Assembly: GCA_003598025.1 (NCBI GenBank)
Contig: QZKH01000003.1
Coordinates: 439,221-503,220 of the forward strand
DNA from: Candidatus Omnitrophota bacterium
GTDB lineage: Bacteria; Omnitrophota; Gorgyraeia; Gygaellales; Profunditerraquicolaceae
Length of the DNA stretch: 64,000 nt
Direction of reading: 5' to 3'
Shown here: positions 30,076 through 39,430 of the stretch, piece by piece
Layout: every line of letters begins with the position of its first letter
Numbering within the stretch: the first letter of the stretch is position 1
Notes under the pieces: generated by a model
What the model saw: only the letters and a program-made list of their open reading frames with translations
What the model was told of the DNA's origin: nothing
Databases searched by the model: none
Position numbers and translations under genes: made by a program

Positions 30076-30403
30076 TAATCACCTTTACTACCTTTGCTTT
30101 TAATTCTTTTGCCTTGCTGTCTTCAATAATTGTATAAGCAAGTATGATCACTTCATCACCGACACAGGCACCCCTGGCAGCAGGGCCGTTTAGGCATATA
30201 GTGCCGGAACCTGCTTTACCCTTGATAGCATAAGTTTCAAGCCGCATCCCTGAATTAAGGCTTAGGACCTCTACTTTCTCTCCTTCGATTATATCTGCGG
30301 CCTTCATAAGGTCAGCGTCAATAGTAATACTGCCTTCATAATAAAGGTTTGCCTCGGTGACTTTTACCCTGTGAATTTTAGATTTTAACATCGTGCGTAA
30401 CAT
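30053..30403 (-). CDS. panD: Aspartate 1-decarboxylase
   Basis: [29 protein letters not shown]. Confidence 0.97.
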   Translation of the reverse strand: MLRTMLKSKIHRVKVTEANLYYEGSITIDADLMKAADIIEGEKVEVLSLNSGMRLETYAIKGKAGSGTICLNGPAARGACVGDEVIILAYTIIEDSKAKELKAKVVKVINGNRIKN

Positions 30404-30423
30404 TTTATACTCCTTGATTTATA

Positions 30424-31479
30424 CTATTTACTGATAAGGCCGTAAGCCTTACGCGCAATCAGCAGCTCTTCGTTTGTAGGTATCACCAGTACCTTGGGTT
30501 TCTTATTCATAAAACTAAATAATCCGCTAGTTACTAATTGGCGTATTCTTTTCTGGTTTTCGCCTATTCCCGCGGTAAAAACTAAAGCATCCAACCCGCC
30601 CATAGCCGCAATATATGCGCCTATATATTTCTTTATCCTGTAGACGAAGATATCTATCGCAAGCCTTGCCCGCTTATTTCCCTGCTTAGACTTCTTTTCC
30701 AGTAAACGCATATCATTACTGATACCCGAGATGCCTTTAAGCCCGCTCCGTTTATTAAGGAGGCTGTCTGCTTCATCAGCAGATATTTTCTTTAATTTCA
30801 TTATGTATGTCACCAGGGCCGGGTCAATATCCCCGCAGCGCGTGCCCATAAGCAATCCTTCCAGCGGAGTAAAACCCATACTCGTATCAATGGACCTGCC
30901 GTTTTTTATTGCAGTTATACTGCAACCGTTGCCAAGGTGGCATGTTATTATTTTTGATTTATTTATTGGTTTCTTCATGAGCCTGGCTGCCTCATGAGCG
31001 ACATATTCATGGCTTGTGCCGTGAAAACCGTATTTCCTGATACCGTATTTGCTGTAATATTCAAGCGGTAATCCGTATGTATAAGCATAATCCGGCAATG
31101 TCTGGTGAAAAGCCGTATCAAATACCGCTACCTGCTTTATGCCGGGCAGTAATTTCTTGCAGGACATTATCCCCAAAAGATTTGCCGGGTTATGTAGTGG
31201 GGCGATCGAGGCGCATTTCTTAATCTCTTTTGTTACTTTATCGCTGATCAAAACAGGCTTGTTAAAAACCTGGGCTCCGTGTACTACGCGATGGCCGACA
31301 ACATCCACACCGTCTATCTTGGCCAATATGAGCTTTAAGCCTTCATAATGATCCTTGATTTTTGAACCCTTCTCCCCTATATGCTCAATACCGCCTTTAA
31401 AAAGTACGGCTTCGCTGGGCATGTGGAAAAGCTTGTATTTAATTGAGGAGCTTCCGGAATTAATAACCAGTATCTTCAT
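30424..31479 (-). CDS. ackA: Acetate kinase
   Basis: ILVINSGSSSIKY, GHRVVHG, APLHNP, FDTAFH, YGFHGTSH, HLGNG, PTNEE. Confidence 0.97.
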   Translation of the reverse strand: MKILVINSGSSSIKYKLFHMPSEAVLFKGGIEHIGEKGSKIKDHYEGLKLILAKIDGVDVVGHRVVHGAQVFNKPVLISDKVTKEIKKCASIAPLHNPANLLGIMSCKKLLPGIKQVAVFDTAFHQTLPDYAYTYGLPLEYYSKYGIRKYGFHGTSHEYVAHEAARLMKKPINKSKIITCHLGNGCSITAIKNGRSIDTSMGFTPLEGLLMGTRCGDIDPALVTYIMKLKKISADEADSLLNKRSGLKGISGISNDMRLLEKKSKQGNKRARLAIDIFVYRIKKYIGAYIAAMGGLDALVFTAGIGENQKRIRQLVTSGLFSFMNKKPKVLVIPTNEELLIARKAYGLISK

Positions 31480-31481
31480 AA

Positions 31482-32411
31482 TTACTGTGCCCTTATAGCA
31501 GTTACGGCTACGCAATCAACAACATCTTCAACGGAACAGCCGCGTGATAAATCGCTGGCAGGTTTATTCAAGCCTAAAAGCAACGGGCCCAACGCCCGGG
31601 CCTTAGCCAGCCTTTGCACCAGTTTATAACTTATATTACCGGCTTCCAGGTTCGGAAAAATTAATACATTTGCCCTGCCGCCAAGCGGGCTTTGCGGATA
31701 TTTTATCTTTGCGACCTCAGGCACTATTGCCGCATCAACCTGTAATTCTCCGTCAACCAGTAAATTTGGAGCCATCTGCTTAAGATTGCTAAGCGCTTCG
31801 CTTATCTTATCAATCGATTTTGTCCTTGCCGAGCCTTTTGTCGAATAGCTGAGCAAAGCGATCCGTGGGGTAAGCCCGAGCACTTTCTGCGCCAGTTCCG
31901 AAGCTGCCAGGCAAATACAGGCTAATTGCCGAGAATTCGGTTCAGGTACTATTCCGCAATCTGCAAAAATAAAATTCCCGTTATCGCCATATACGCAATC
32001 CGGAACCGCCATAATAAAACAGCTGGAAACTATAGTAATGCGCTCGTTTACTCCCAGACATCTTATAGCCGCTCTTGCCACATCGGGTGTGGTGTGGCTT
32101 GCCCCGGCGACAAGCCCGTCAACCCTTCCTTCCGCGGTCATCATCGCGGCATAATAAAGAGTATCGTCAAAAAGCTTCTTTACGTCATCAAGCTTAAGGT
32201 CCTTAGACTTATAATCATTATAAAACTGCTGGATGTACTTTTCCCTGGTAGATGAATCCATTTTATCTTTTGAAAGGAGTAAGACATTGGCTATTTTTTC
32301 TTTCTCAATTATCTTTACCGCTTCAACGACCCTTTTATCATTGTATTCCGGCAAGACTATCGTCTTTAATTTCTGGCCGGCTTTGCTGCGAATCTTAGAA
32401 ATAGTATCCAT
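31482..32411 (-). CDS. pta: Phosphate acetyltransferase (catalytic domain only)
   Basis: IVLPE, FADCG, LLSYSTKGS, DGELQVDAA, FPNLEAGNISYK, DLSRGCS. Confidence 0.95.
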   Translation of the reverse strand: MDTISKIRSKAGQKLKTIVLPEYNDKRVVEAVKIIEKEKIANVLLLSKDKMDSSTREKYIQQFYNDYKSKDLKLDDVKKLFDDTLYYAAMMTAEGRVDGLVAGASHTTPDVARAAIRCLGVNERITIVSSCFIMAVPDCVYGDNGNFIFADCGIVPEPNSRQLACICLAASELAQKVLGLTPRIALLSYSTKGSARTKSIDKISEALSNLKQMAPNLLVDGELQVDAAIVPEVAKIKYPQSPLGGRANVLIFPNLEAGNISYKLVQRLAKARALGPLLLGLNKPASDLSRGCSVEDVVDCVAVTAIRAQ

Positions 32412-32412
32412 T

Positions 32413-33501
32413 TTAAATCCCCCTGAGAATTCTATTTAAATCAACATTATCTTTAATAAGCCTGACTACCGCATCGATCTTCTCTTTATCGCGCGGCCTT
32501 ATTTTTACCGTTAAATCATGTATCTTTGTTGCAACATCGTAAGTATCGGATTTGGCTAATAAAACAGTTATTTGCGCTTTATGGAGCAGGTTTAAAATCG
32601 GCTGCTCTGGCAATATCCCTCCCGATAATACCAAACCGCAGACTTTTAGCCTCTTCGTCTCTTGCCCGCGGAAACAACTGAGTGCTGTCATTATCAGGTC
32701 TTCCCTGTCACCGGGAGTGATCAATAGGCTGTCATCAACCAGGTATTTGATTGCGTCATGCGGCTCCATTGCCCCGACGATGACCGAAGAAACAGCAACT
32801 TCGGCATACTCCTTGCCGCAGAGTAATTCAAAATCAGTTTCTTCAAGGATCTGCTCAATTGAAGGCCTGGATAACATGGGGTTATAAGGTATCACCCCTA
32901 AAAGGTCTATTCCGCTGCGCTGTAAACCCTTCTTTACCAGACGGCTTATCTTATCTATTTTGCTCGGAATGACTTTATTGATTATAACACCCAGAACCTT
33001 GACTCCTTCTTTTTCAAAGAGCGCCTTATTTAAAAGTATCTCGTCAATAGGCCTGCCGATACCGCCGGAAGAAACAATTATTACCTTGCATCCCAGCAAT
33101 CTGGCAACCCGTGCATTTGAATGGTCAAAAACAGAACCTACCCCGGCATGCCCGGTGCCTTCAACGATTACCAGGTTCTGCTTTCTGGAAACGCGGCCGA
33201 ATGCATCTTTGATCTGTTTTGAGATTAAATTCCTGTTTGGGTTGGCTATATACTTCTCGGTGAAACCCTTCTCAACAGCGATAGGGCTCATATCCTTAAG
33301 CCCGCTTTTTATCCCGCAGACTACCTCTACCAGTAAAGAGTCTTCGTCGATCTTCAAGCCTTCTTCTTCAAGGTACCTTTGCCCGATGGGCTTGATAAAG
33401 CTTACCCTTTTAAGCTTATCTCTAAAATTAGAGATTAAGCCTAATGAAACGGTCGTCTTGCCGTCATTCTGCTTAGTCGCGGCAATAAATACCTTCTTCA
33501 T
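32413..33501 (-). CDS. BioD-like P-loop + DRTGG domain protein (stand-alone Pta N-terminal region)
   Basis: ATKQNDGKTTVSLGL, FIKPIGQ, IVEGTGH, VIVGAM, ITPGDRED. Confidence 0.88.
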   Translation of the reverse strand: MKKVFIAATKQNDGKTTVSLGLISNFRDKLKRVSFIKPIGQRYLEEEGLKIDEDSLLVEVVCGIKSGLKDMSPIAVEKGFTEKYIANPNRNLISKQIKDAFGRVSRKQNLVIVEGTGHAGVGSVFDHSNARVARLLGCKVIIVSSGGIGRPIDEILLNKALFEKEGVKVLGVIINKVIPSKIDKISRLVKKGLQRSGIDLLGVIPYNPMLSRPSIEQILEETDFELLCGKEYAEVAVSSVIVGAMEPHDAIKYLVDDSLLITPGDREDLIMTALSCFRGQETKRLKVCGLVLSGGILPEQPILNLLHKAQITVLLAKSDTYDVATKIHDLTVKIRPRDKEKIDAVVRLIKDNVDLNRILRGI

Positions 33502-33821
33502 CAAAGATTCTCTTCGATCCTCTTTTTTAACTCTGTCTTATTTAAAGCGCCGACTACCTGGTCTATGATCTTTCCGCCTTTGAGAAAAACCAAGGTGGGT
33601 ATAGACATTATTCCGTAATGCGTGGCTATACCGGAAGCCTCATCAACGTTAACTTTACCGATTTTCATCTTACCTTTATACTCTTTGGCCAGTTCATCAA
33701 CTATCGGGCCGACTAATTTACAAGGCCCGCACCACTCCGCCCAGAAATCAACAAGGACGGGCAAATCCGACTCTAAAACCTCTTTTTTAAATGTAGCTTC
33801 TGTAAAATGTAAAGTCGCCAT
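33501..33821 (-). CDS. trxA: Thioredoxin
   Basis: VDFWAEWCGPCK, SIPTL. Confidence 0.97.
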   Translation of the reverse strand: MATLHFTEATFKKEVLESDLPVLVDFWAEWCGPCKLVGPIVDELAKEYKGKMKIGKVNVDEASGIATHYGIMSIPTLVFLKGGKIIDQVVGALNKTELKKRIEENL

Positions 33822-33907
33822 AATTTATGTTTGTTTTATTAGGTTAATAATTTGGAGAGCGTGATTAATTTATCATAAATGCAGCCTGAATGCAAGTTTT
33901 TTATAGA

Positions 33908-33985
33908 TAGGTCCGTTTCTCCCACTGACCATAGAAGTGCCCCCATGGGGGGGCACTTCTATGAGGAGCTAGAGAAACGGACCTA
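33908..33985. repeat. Nested-palindrome REP/REPIN-like element (left of ECF cassette)
   Basis: Outer 14-bp IR TAGGTCCGTTTCTC/GAGAAACGGACCTA around inner 15-bp stem CATAGAAGTGCCCCC/GGGGGCACTTCTATG. Confidence 0.85.
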
Positions 33986-35539
33986 GGGCTGGATGCTTCT
34001 GGAAAATAAACCCCCTGTTAAGGCATCTAAAGAAGCTGTTAATTCCTGTAACTTTAACTCCTTATCAAACCTCTTCTTCCTATCAGTGATCTGCAACTCG
34101 TCGATCTCTTTTTTAGTCCTTATCCTTTCAAAATACAGCTTTGTCACCTGGTCAAGAATGTCTTCCCTGAGCTCTACCATTAATCTCGACCTGGCATCGA
34201 TTGAGGTTTGAACGTCATTCCATATTATATCGCTCAAATCCCAGCTTAGGCCGATGTCCCAGTTTATGCTATCCCTTCCCCTCCTGAGTATATCATCATC
34301 TGTCTTCGTAGTTGAACCTGATTCCCAATGCCAAAGATCAGTCGCATCTCTATCTATGCCTATATCAAGCTTCGGTAAAAGTGCTTTTTTGGCGGCTTTC
34401 TTCCTCCATTCTGATATCTTTTCGCTGGAAACCTCCGCATAAACAATCGCCGCCTTATGCGCCTCTTGAATCGTTGGCTCGCTCTTTAGGTACTCCTGAA
34501 ACTGCGCATTATAAACGCCGGTTTCTGTTTTCTCTTTTAAATCGGCTCTAAATAACCCGTTGTCACAAGCAGCGTATATCAATCCGCTGTTGCTGACAGC
34601 TAAATCCTTAATACTCTTGGCTATAAGCCTAAGTGAAATCTCCTGCCACCTTTCTCCAATTAATTCGAATATTCCGGAATCAGAAGAAACATAAATACCA
34701 AAATCCTGGTTTATAAATATTTTACTTATATTCCTGCTCAGCAATCCAAAATCGCTTACTTTTTGCCAGTCACTCCCTTCGTTTACGCTGATATATACCC
34801 CGTTTGAGGTAGCCATGTATATTCTATCAAGACGCCCCGAGCCAAAAGCAATATTACGTATCTCAGGAGAAAAATAATTTTCGCTTTCCTTTGCCTGCTC
34901 TTCATCCTCCGAATCTTCTTTATGCTCTGAAGATATCACAAAAGAAAATACCTTAACCCAAAGATTATCCGCTAACTTCTTTCTAAATAAACTTCCTTTA
35001 GTAGCAACAAAGATGTATTGCGAATTAGCGGTGACGGAGACAATTTCCAGCTCACCTAATTCTCCCATCTCGCTGCTCCAGCTATTGCCTTTATTATCAC
35101 TTATAAGCAGCCCTGACCTAGTGCCAAGATATAATACGCCGCCTAAAGATCCTATACCGGTACAATCCCCTTTAAGATAATCACGGTTTTTATAGATCCT
35201 CGACCATTTATTACCATTACTTTGACTAAAAAACAAGCCGCTATCCGTAGCTGCAAAAAAAAATTTAGTATTATTTATCACTGAGCTGATTGAGTTTATT
35301 TTTTTACCCCTGCCTCTGAGAATAAGAGCCTTTTCCCAGGTTGAGCCCCCATCTTGCGACCTTAAGATATAGCCCTTGCGGCCTGCCAGGATAAGATCCG
35401 GATGTACCGGCTCAGTAAACACGCAAGTATACCCGGTTTCTCCCTGAGAAATATCTTTCCAGGCTGGCTCTGCTGCTCCCACACTGCCGCAAGCAGTTAT
35501 GAGAAGCAAAGCAACTAAAACAAAAGTTTTTTGCATCAT
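33983..35539 (-). CDS. Exported BNR/Asp-box beta-propeller protein with C-terminal TolC/OEP-like helix-hairpin-helix domain
   Basis: Signal peptide after AGGAGG RBS; Asp-boxes SQDGGSTW, SQSNGNKW, SDNKGNSW, SVNEGSDW; tail LLPKLDIGI...WDIGLSWDL...VTKLYFER...LDALTGG. Confidence 0.75.
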   Translation of the reverse strand: MMQKTFVLVALLLITACGSVGAAEPAWKDISQGETGYTCVFTEPVHPDLILAGRKGYILRSQDGGSTWEKALILRGRGKKINSISSVINNTKFFFAATDSGLFFSQSNGNKWSRIYKNRDYLKGDCTGIGSLGGVLYLGTRSGLLISDNKGNSWSSEMGELGELEIVSVTANSQYIFVATKGSLFRKKLADNLWVKVFSFVISSEHKEDSEDEEQAKESENYFSPEIRNIAFGSGRLDRIYMATSNGVYISVNEGSDWQKVSDFGLLSRNISKIFINQDFGIYVSSDSGIFELIGERWQEISLRLIAKSIKDLAVSNSGLIYAACDNGLFRADLKEKTETGVYNAQFQEYLKSEPTIQEAHKAAIVYAEVSSEKISEWRKKAAKKALLPKLDIGIDRDATDLWHWESGSTTKTDDDILRRGRDSINWDIGLSWDLSDIIWNDVQTSIDARSRLMVELREDILDQVTKLYFERIRTKKEIDELQITDRKKRFDKELKLQELTASLDALTGGLFSRSIQP

Positions 35540-35559
35540 CTTGCACCTCCTGATTAGAT

Positions 35560-35585
35560 GACGCAAAAGGTACATGAATTCTAAC
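35560..35585 (-). promoter_or_regulatory. Candidate ECF-sigma promoter upstream of the beta-propeller gene
   Basis: Minus strand (C)GTTAGA-16 nt-CGTC, then ATCTAATCAGGAGG. Confidence 0.72.
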
Positions 35586-35615
35586 GAAATTTTTTGTTGA
35601 AAATTGGCGGGGGCG

Positions 35616-35855
35616 CTACTTTATGCCACCCTCAGAATGGTCATTCCTGAACTCTTCTAAGAGTTGAATGGCTTGCTCAAACTGGCTGGATTCCACCTTT
35701 ATTCTGGCTGGGACTGCTAAAGGACGTATCTGCAGGAAATTTTCTCCCTCAATTATAAAATCAATGCCTTCTGATTCTAACAGCGATTTTATAAACGCTA
35801 CATGAAAAGGATTCATAGTGACATAGACCTCTTTATATAACTTATCCGCTTCCAT
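35616..35855 (-). CDS. DUF2007-like putative signal-transducing protein
   Basis: IKSLLESEGI...GE...RIKVESSQFEQAIQLL pattern. Confidence 0.82.
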   Translation of the reverse strand: MEADKLYKEVYVTMNPFHVAFIKSLLESEGIDFIIEGENFLQIRPLAVPARIKVESSQFEQAIQLLEEFRNDHSEGGIK

Positions 35856-35860
35856 AATAT

Positions 35861-38068
35861 TTATCCTCCTGGATATAAACTAAGAAGTTCGGTTTTTATC
35901 TCTTCGTAATAAGGTAAATCTACTTTCTTGTATATTTCCTGGGCCAGCCTTAAATGCTCCCTGGCTTTGTTTTTACGCCCCTGCTGTTTATAAAGCAGGC
36001 CCAAATCGTGGTAAGCTTCCGCAAGCTCAAGCTGAGCATCAATATCTTTGCAACTGGAAATGGCTAATTTAAAATACTTCTCCGCTTCTGATAAATTGTC
36101 CATATCGACATACAATTCCCCGATCATAGTATAGGCGCATGCTATATTAGGTTTATGGCCCTGCTCTGTATCTATCTCTAAACCCTTCTGATAATAATCC
36201 ATTGCTTTCAGGTATTCTTTCTGGAATTTGTAAACTTCCCCTATATTAAAATAATAATCGCTTAATTCATGTTTTAATTTCAATTCTTTGAATAAAACAA
36301 AACTTTTATCGTAGAATTCCTTTGCAGTTGCGTAATCATCTTTATTGGTGAATAATAGCCCGAGGTTAAAATAATCACAGGCAAGGTTATATTTATGCCT
36401 GTATATATTTATCCTCTGGCGGTTTATCTCCGAACTTTTTGTTAATAATTCAAGTGCCTTATCATTATCATCCTTATCCATATACCAAACAGCCAACTTC
36501 CCCAGGACATCGGCTTCGTTAAGCTTATCGCTATTCTTCCTGCTAAGGCTCAGGGCCTTATTATAGAATTCTAAAGCCTTGGGATAATCGCCGTGCATAT
36601 GGTAGATCCATCCTATGCCGGAATATGCGCAAGCAAGCCTGTTATTATCATTTTTCTTTTCGCTTTGCATGGCATATTGAAAATAATATTTTAGGGCAAG
36701 GTCTTTCTTCCCCATTCTGCGATAAGCATCTCCCAATAGCGGATATGCAGGCAGAAAACCCGGATCGCTGCTTACAATTTTACCGCATATATCAATTACC
36801 TTTTCGTTCTTACCAGACAGGTACAATTTGGAGGAATTGCTGTATTTAGCGTAAGTTGAAGGGTTAATACTTGGCAATATCCTGATTGCGCCGACGAAAA
36901 TTAAACAGCAAGCGCCGGTAACAGCCAATGCAGAAACTGCCTTTTTGCGCTTAAAGTTAGCTATCTGCGGAGTACTGGACCTAACTGCATTTTGCGCCCC
37001 AAAAAAATTGTAGCTTGGGTCGCCATATAACACATAACTAGCCCAAGAAATATTATCCAGGCCATATTCTTTTATTAATTTCATCCTTGCTAAACGTAAA
37101 CTTTTACCTAAACTGTTTCCTGATGTTAACCCGCCGTAAAATTCACGGGCAAATCTTAAGCTTTCATTGTCTTCAATCTTTCTTATCGCTCCGATATAAT
37201 GCCTCACCCCTGAAAACAAAAAGGCCGAGCCTAATGTGTATGCCCGTTCTTGGCATTCAATATCAGAAAGGTCATTCTGCATTTGCGCTGAATGACATGC
37301 ATTTGAAAAAACTAATGATGGCAAAGGTGAACTTTCACTTAAGGCGATAATATCATCAGCAGTAAATATATTATCGCTTAATACCCAGCCTGTATCACTT
37401 ACATCGCTGGATTTTGATTCGCAATGCCCCGCGAAATGCACTATATCGTAATCACGCAGGTTTCTCTTAACATACATTGAATCAATATTAGTTGATTTAA
37501 AATCAACGCCGATCCTGCTTCTATTTTTGTCAAATTGGTTCTTAATGAAGATTCCCTCTCTATATGCCGAATCAAGATCATTCGTGGGATTAGCCAGCAC
37601 AAGCATTTTGGGTTTTTGCGAAACACTTCTGTAGCGATTAAGTCCAAGCTCATTCTTGCTCCTTACTATCCTGCCCAGGTCAAATTTTAAGCTCAGGAAA
37701 TCCTGCCCATCATACAACAATTCCCAGGGAATATTTGTTAGTTCCTCATCCATCATTATAACCAGGTTACTAGAGGCAAGGCTTTTAAGTTTTTGTTTCA
37801 CTGGCTTGCTAAAAAGGTGGTCCCATAATAGCTGCCCGCTCTTTTTCAGGGAATTTGCCAGGGATAAAGGGTTGGATTTATCCTTATACCTTCTGCTTAA
37901 AATATCAGTGATATCGCGGCAAATACCAGTTATTTGCCTCTCGTCAAAATTTAGCTGTGTATAATGCCTTACTGTCTGAGCAAAATCATCCGCCTTAAAC
38001 AAACTCATCTTCAGGCGTAAGCTGTCTTTAAAAAGCTCCAATATCCATGCCCTTGAGCTATCTTCCAT
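35861..38068 (-). CDS. CHAT (caspase-like) protease + single TM + TPR repeats
   Basis: IPWELL, LVLANP, VHFAGH (catalytic His), VFSNACHS (catalytic Cys), FAREFY, WASYVLYGDP; hydrophobic AVSALAVTGACCLIFVGAI after KRKK; ~8 TPRs. Confidence 0.9.
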   Translation of the reverse strand: MEDSSRAWILELFKDSLRLKMSLFKADDFAQTVRHYTQLNFDERQITGICRDITDILSRRYKDKSNPLSLANSLKKSGQLLWDHLFSKPVKQKLKSLASSNLVIMMDEELTNIPWELLYDGQDFLSLKFDLGRIVRSKNELGLNRYRSVSQKPKMLVLANPTNDLDSAYREGIFIKNQFDKNRSRIGVDFKSTNIDSMYVKRNLRDYDIVHFAGHCESKSSDVSDTGWVLSDNIFTADDIIALSESSPLPSLVFSNACHSAQMQNDLSDIECQERAYTLGSAFLFSGVRHYIGAIRKIEDNESLRFAREFYGGLTSGNSLGKSLRLARMKLIKEYGLDNISWASYVLYGDPSYNFFGAQNAVRSSTPQIANFKRKKAVSALAVTGACCLIFVGAIRILPSINPSTYAKYSNSSKLYLSGKNEKVIDICGKIVSSDPGFLPAYPLLGDAYRRMGKKDLALKYYFQYAMQSEKKNDNNRLACAYSGIGWIYHMHGDYPKALEFYNKALSLSRKNSDKLNEADVLGKLAVWYMDKDDNDKALELLTKSSEINRQRINIYRHKYNLACDYFNLGLLFTNKDDYATAKEFYDKSFVLFKELKLKHELSDYYFNIGEVYKFQKEYLKAMDYYQKGLEIDTEQGHKPNIACAYTMIGELYVDMDNLSEAEKYFKLAISSCKDIDAQLELAEAYHDLGLLYKQQGRKNKAREHLRLAQEIYKKVDLPYYEEIKTELLSLYPGG

Positions 38069-38782
38069 TTATACAAATTGTTTGATATCCAAAACTATCG
38101 TTGCCATTGCCTTTTCATCAGAAGTGATCTCCAGCCTATATTTTCCTAACATAACCTCCTCAAAAACAACTACCCCGGAGCTACCGATATAAGACTCAAG
38201 CGTAAGGTCATCTTTTAAAAGGGTGACTCTTAGCTCCTTAACAAGTTTTTGGGAATCCTTGTCCTTCATGGTTACCTGGACCTGAAACTTATTGTTCCTT
38301 TTATTATCGATTTTAAGCTCAACCCTGAGCCTGTCAAAATCTTTTAGTATTATTATTTCGTCCCTGAAGTTATTTATCTTACGGCTCCTTAATACAGACG
38401 CGGAGACCAGTTCCTGTCCCAGAAGGATATCCCCAGAGCTATGTAATAACTCTATGATCTGGCCGCGAAAGGCCAAGGCTATATCCATCATTAAATCCTT
38501 CAGCCCTGCGCTGGCCATGCTTTTTACTCCTTCCAGGAGTGCTGCCGGGGCATCCTTAGCCTCTGGATTTCTGAGCTTGTTCAACGTTACCAGCAATTCC
38601 AGGCAATCACTGCAATTTAAAACATGCGCCTTTAACTTCTCTTTATCATCATGGCTAAGCTTATTATCCAGAAAACAGGCCAAAGATTCTTCATCAGGAT
38701 GAGCGCTATCCTGGACTAGCTTAATTTTCTTCTTCCAATTCCTGAATATATGCTTAATAAAAAGCTCATTTTTTGCCTGCAT
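38069..38782 (-). CDS. Zinc-finger (zf-HC2/ZAS) anti-sigma-like protein with beta-sandwich C-terminus
   Basis: HPDEESLACFLDNKL...HVLNCSDC (Hx3Cx2C); no TM; C-terminal GVVVFEEVMLGKYRLEI. Confidence 0.82.
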   Translation of the reverse strand: MQAKNELFIKHIFRNWKKKIKLVQDSAHPDEESLACFLDNKLSHDDKEKLKAHVLNCSDCLELLVTLNKLRNPEAKDAPAALLEGVKSMASAGLKDLMMDIALAFRGQIIELLHSSGDILLGQELVSASVLRSRKINNFRDEIIILKDFDRLRVELKIDNKRNNKFQVQVTMKDKDSQKLVKELRVTLLKDDLTLESYIGSSGVVVFEEVMLGKYRLEITSDEKAMATIVLDIKQFV

Positions 38783-38805
38783 GCGTAGTCCTTCCCATTC
38801 TATTA

Positions 38806-38830
38806 GACGAGATTAATTCAACTTTCTAAC
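38806..38830 (-). promoter_or_regulatory. Candidate ECF-sigma promoter overlapping the sigma 3' end, driving the anti-sigma/CHAT genes
   Basis: Minus strand (C)GTTAGA-15 nt-CGTCT. Confidence 0.68.
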
Positions 38831-39423
38831 GCAAATCCTTTAGTTTTAAAGCATTCTTTGAGCCTCTGCACGATCCTTGACTTTCTCATATCCACTGCCC
38901 CGCGGGATATGCTAAGCAACTGCCTCACCTCATCTAAGGCCAACCCCTTATTGATATTCAGCTCGATGAATAGTTTGTCATCCAAGTCAAGCAGCTCAAT
39001 ACAATCTTCTAAAGTAGATAGTTTTTCCTGTAATAAGGCTTCGTCATCTGCCAGTGGCTTATTATCGCTGATTATTTCTTTTATACTAAGCCCTGGATCA
39101 ACCTCCTCATCAATAGATATGTAGTCCTTCTGCCTTCTCAGATAATCGATTGTAAAGTTCGCCACGACAGGTTTAAGCCAGCTGGATAATGAGCATCCGT
39201 TTTTGGCTTTAAAGCTCTTTAATTTCTTAAAATTGTCTTTTCTTAAGAAGATGAATATTTCCTGAAAAATATCTCCGGAAATATCTCTATTTGGATGGTA
39301 GTTTTTGATACTTAGAACACCGTGGATGTAACTATAGATAAAGCGGGAATATTTCTCTATGAACTGAACCCAGGCAAGTTTTTCATCATTTATACATCTC
39401 TGGACAAACTCCAGATCGTTCAT
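38818..39423 (-). CDS. ECF-type RNA polymerase sigma-70 factor
   Basis: Region 2 (AWVQFIEKY...DIFQEIF...SLSSWL...TIDYLRRQ) and region 4 (CIELL...GLALDEVRQLL...RKSRIVQRLKEC); ATG 39423 preferred. Confidence 0.92.
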   Translation of the reverse strand: MNDLEFVQRCINDEKLAWVQFIEKYSRFIYSYIHGVLSIKNYHPNRDISGDIFQEIFIFLRKDNFKKLKSFKAKNGCSLSSWLKPVVANFTIDYLRRQKDYISIDEEVDPGLSIKEIISDNKPLADDEALLQEKLSTLEDCIELLDLDDKLFIELNINKGLALDEVRQLLSISRGAVDMRKSRIVQRLKECFKTKGFALES

Positions 39424-39430
39424 GTAGTTA

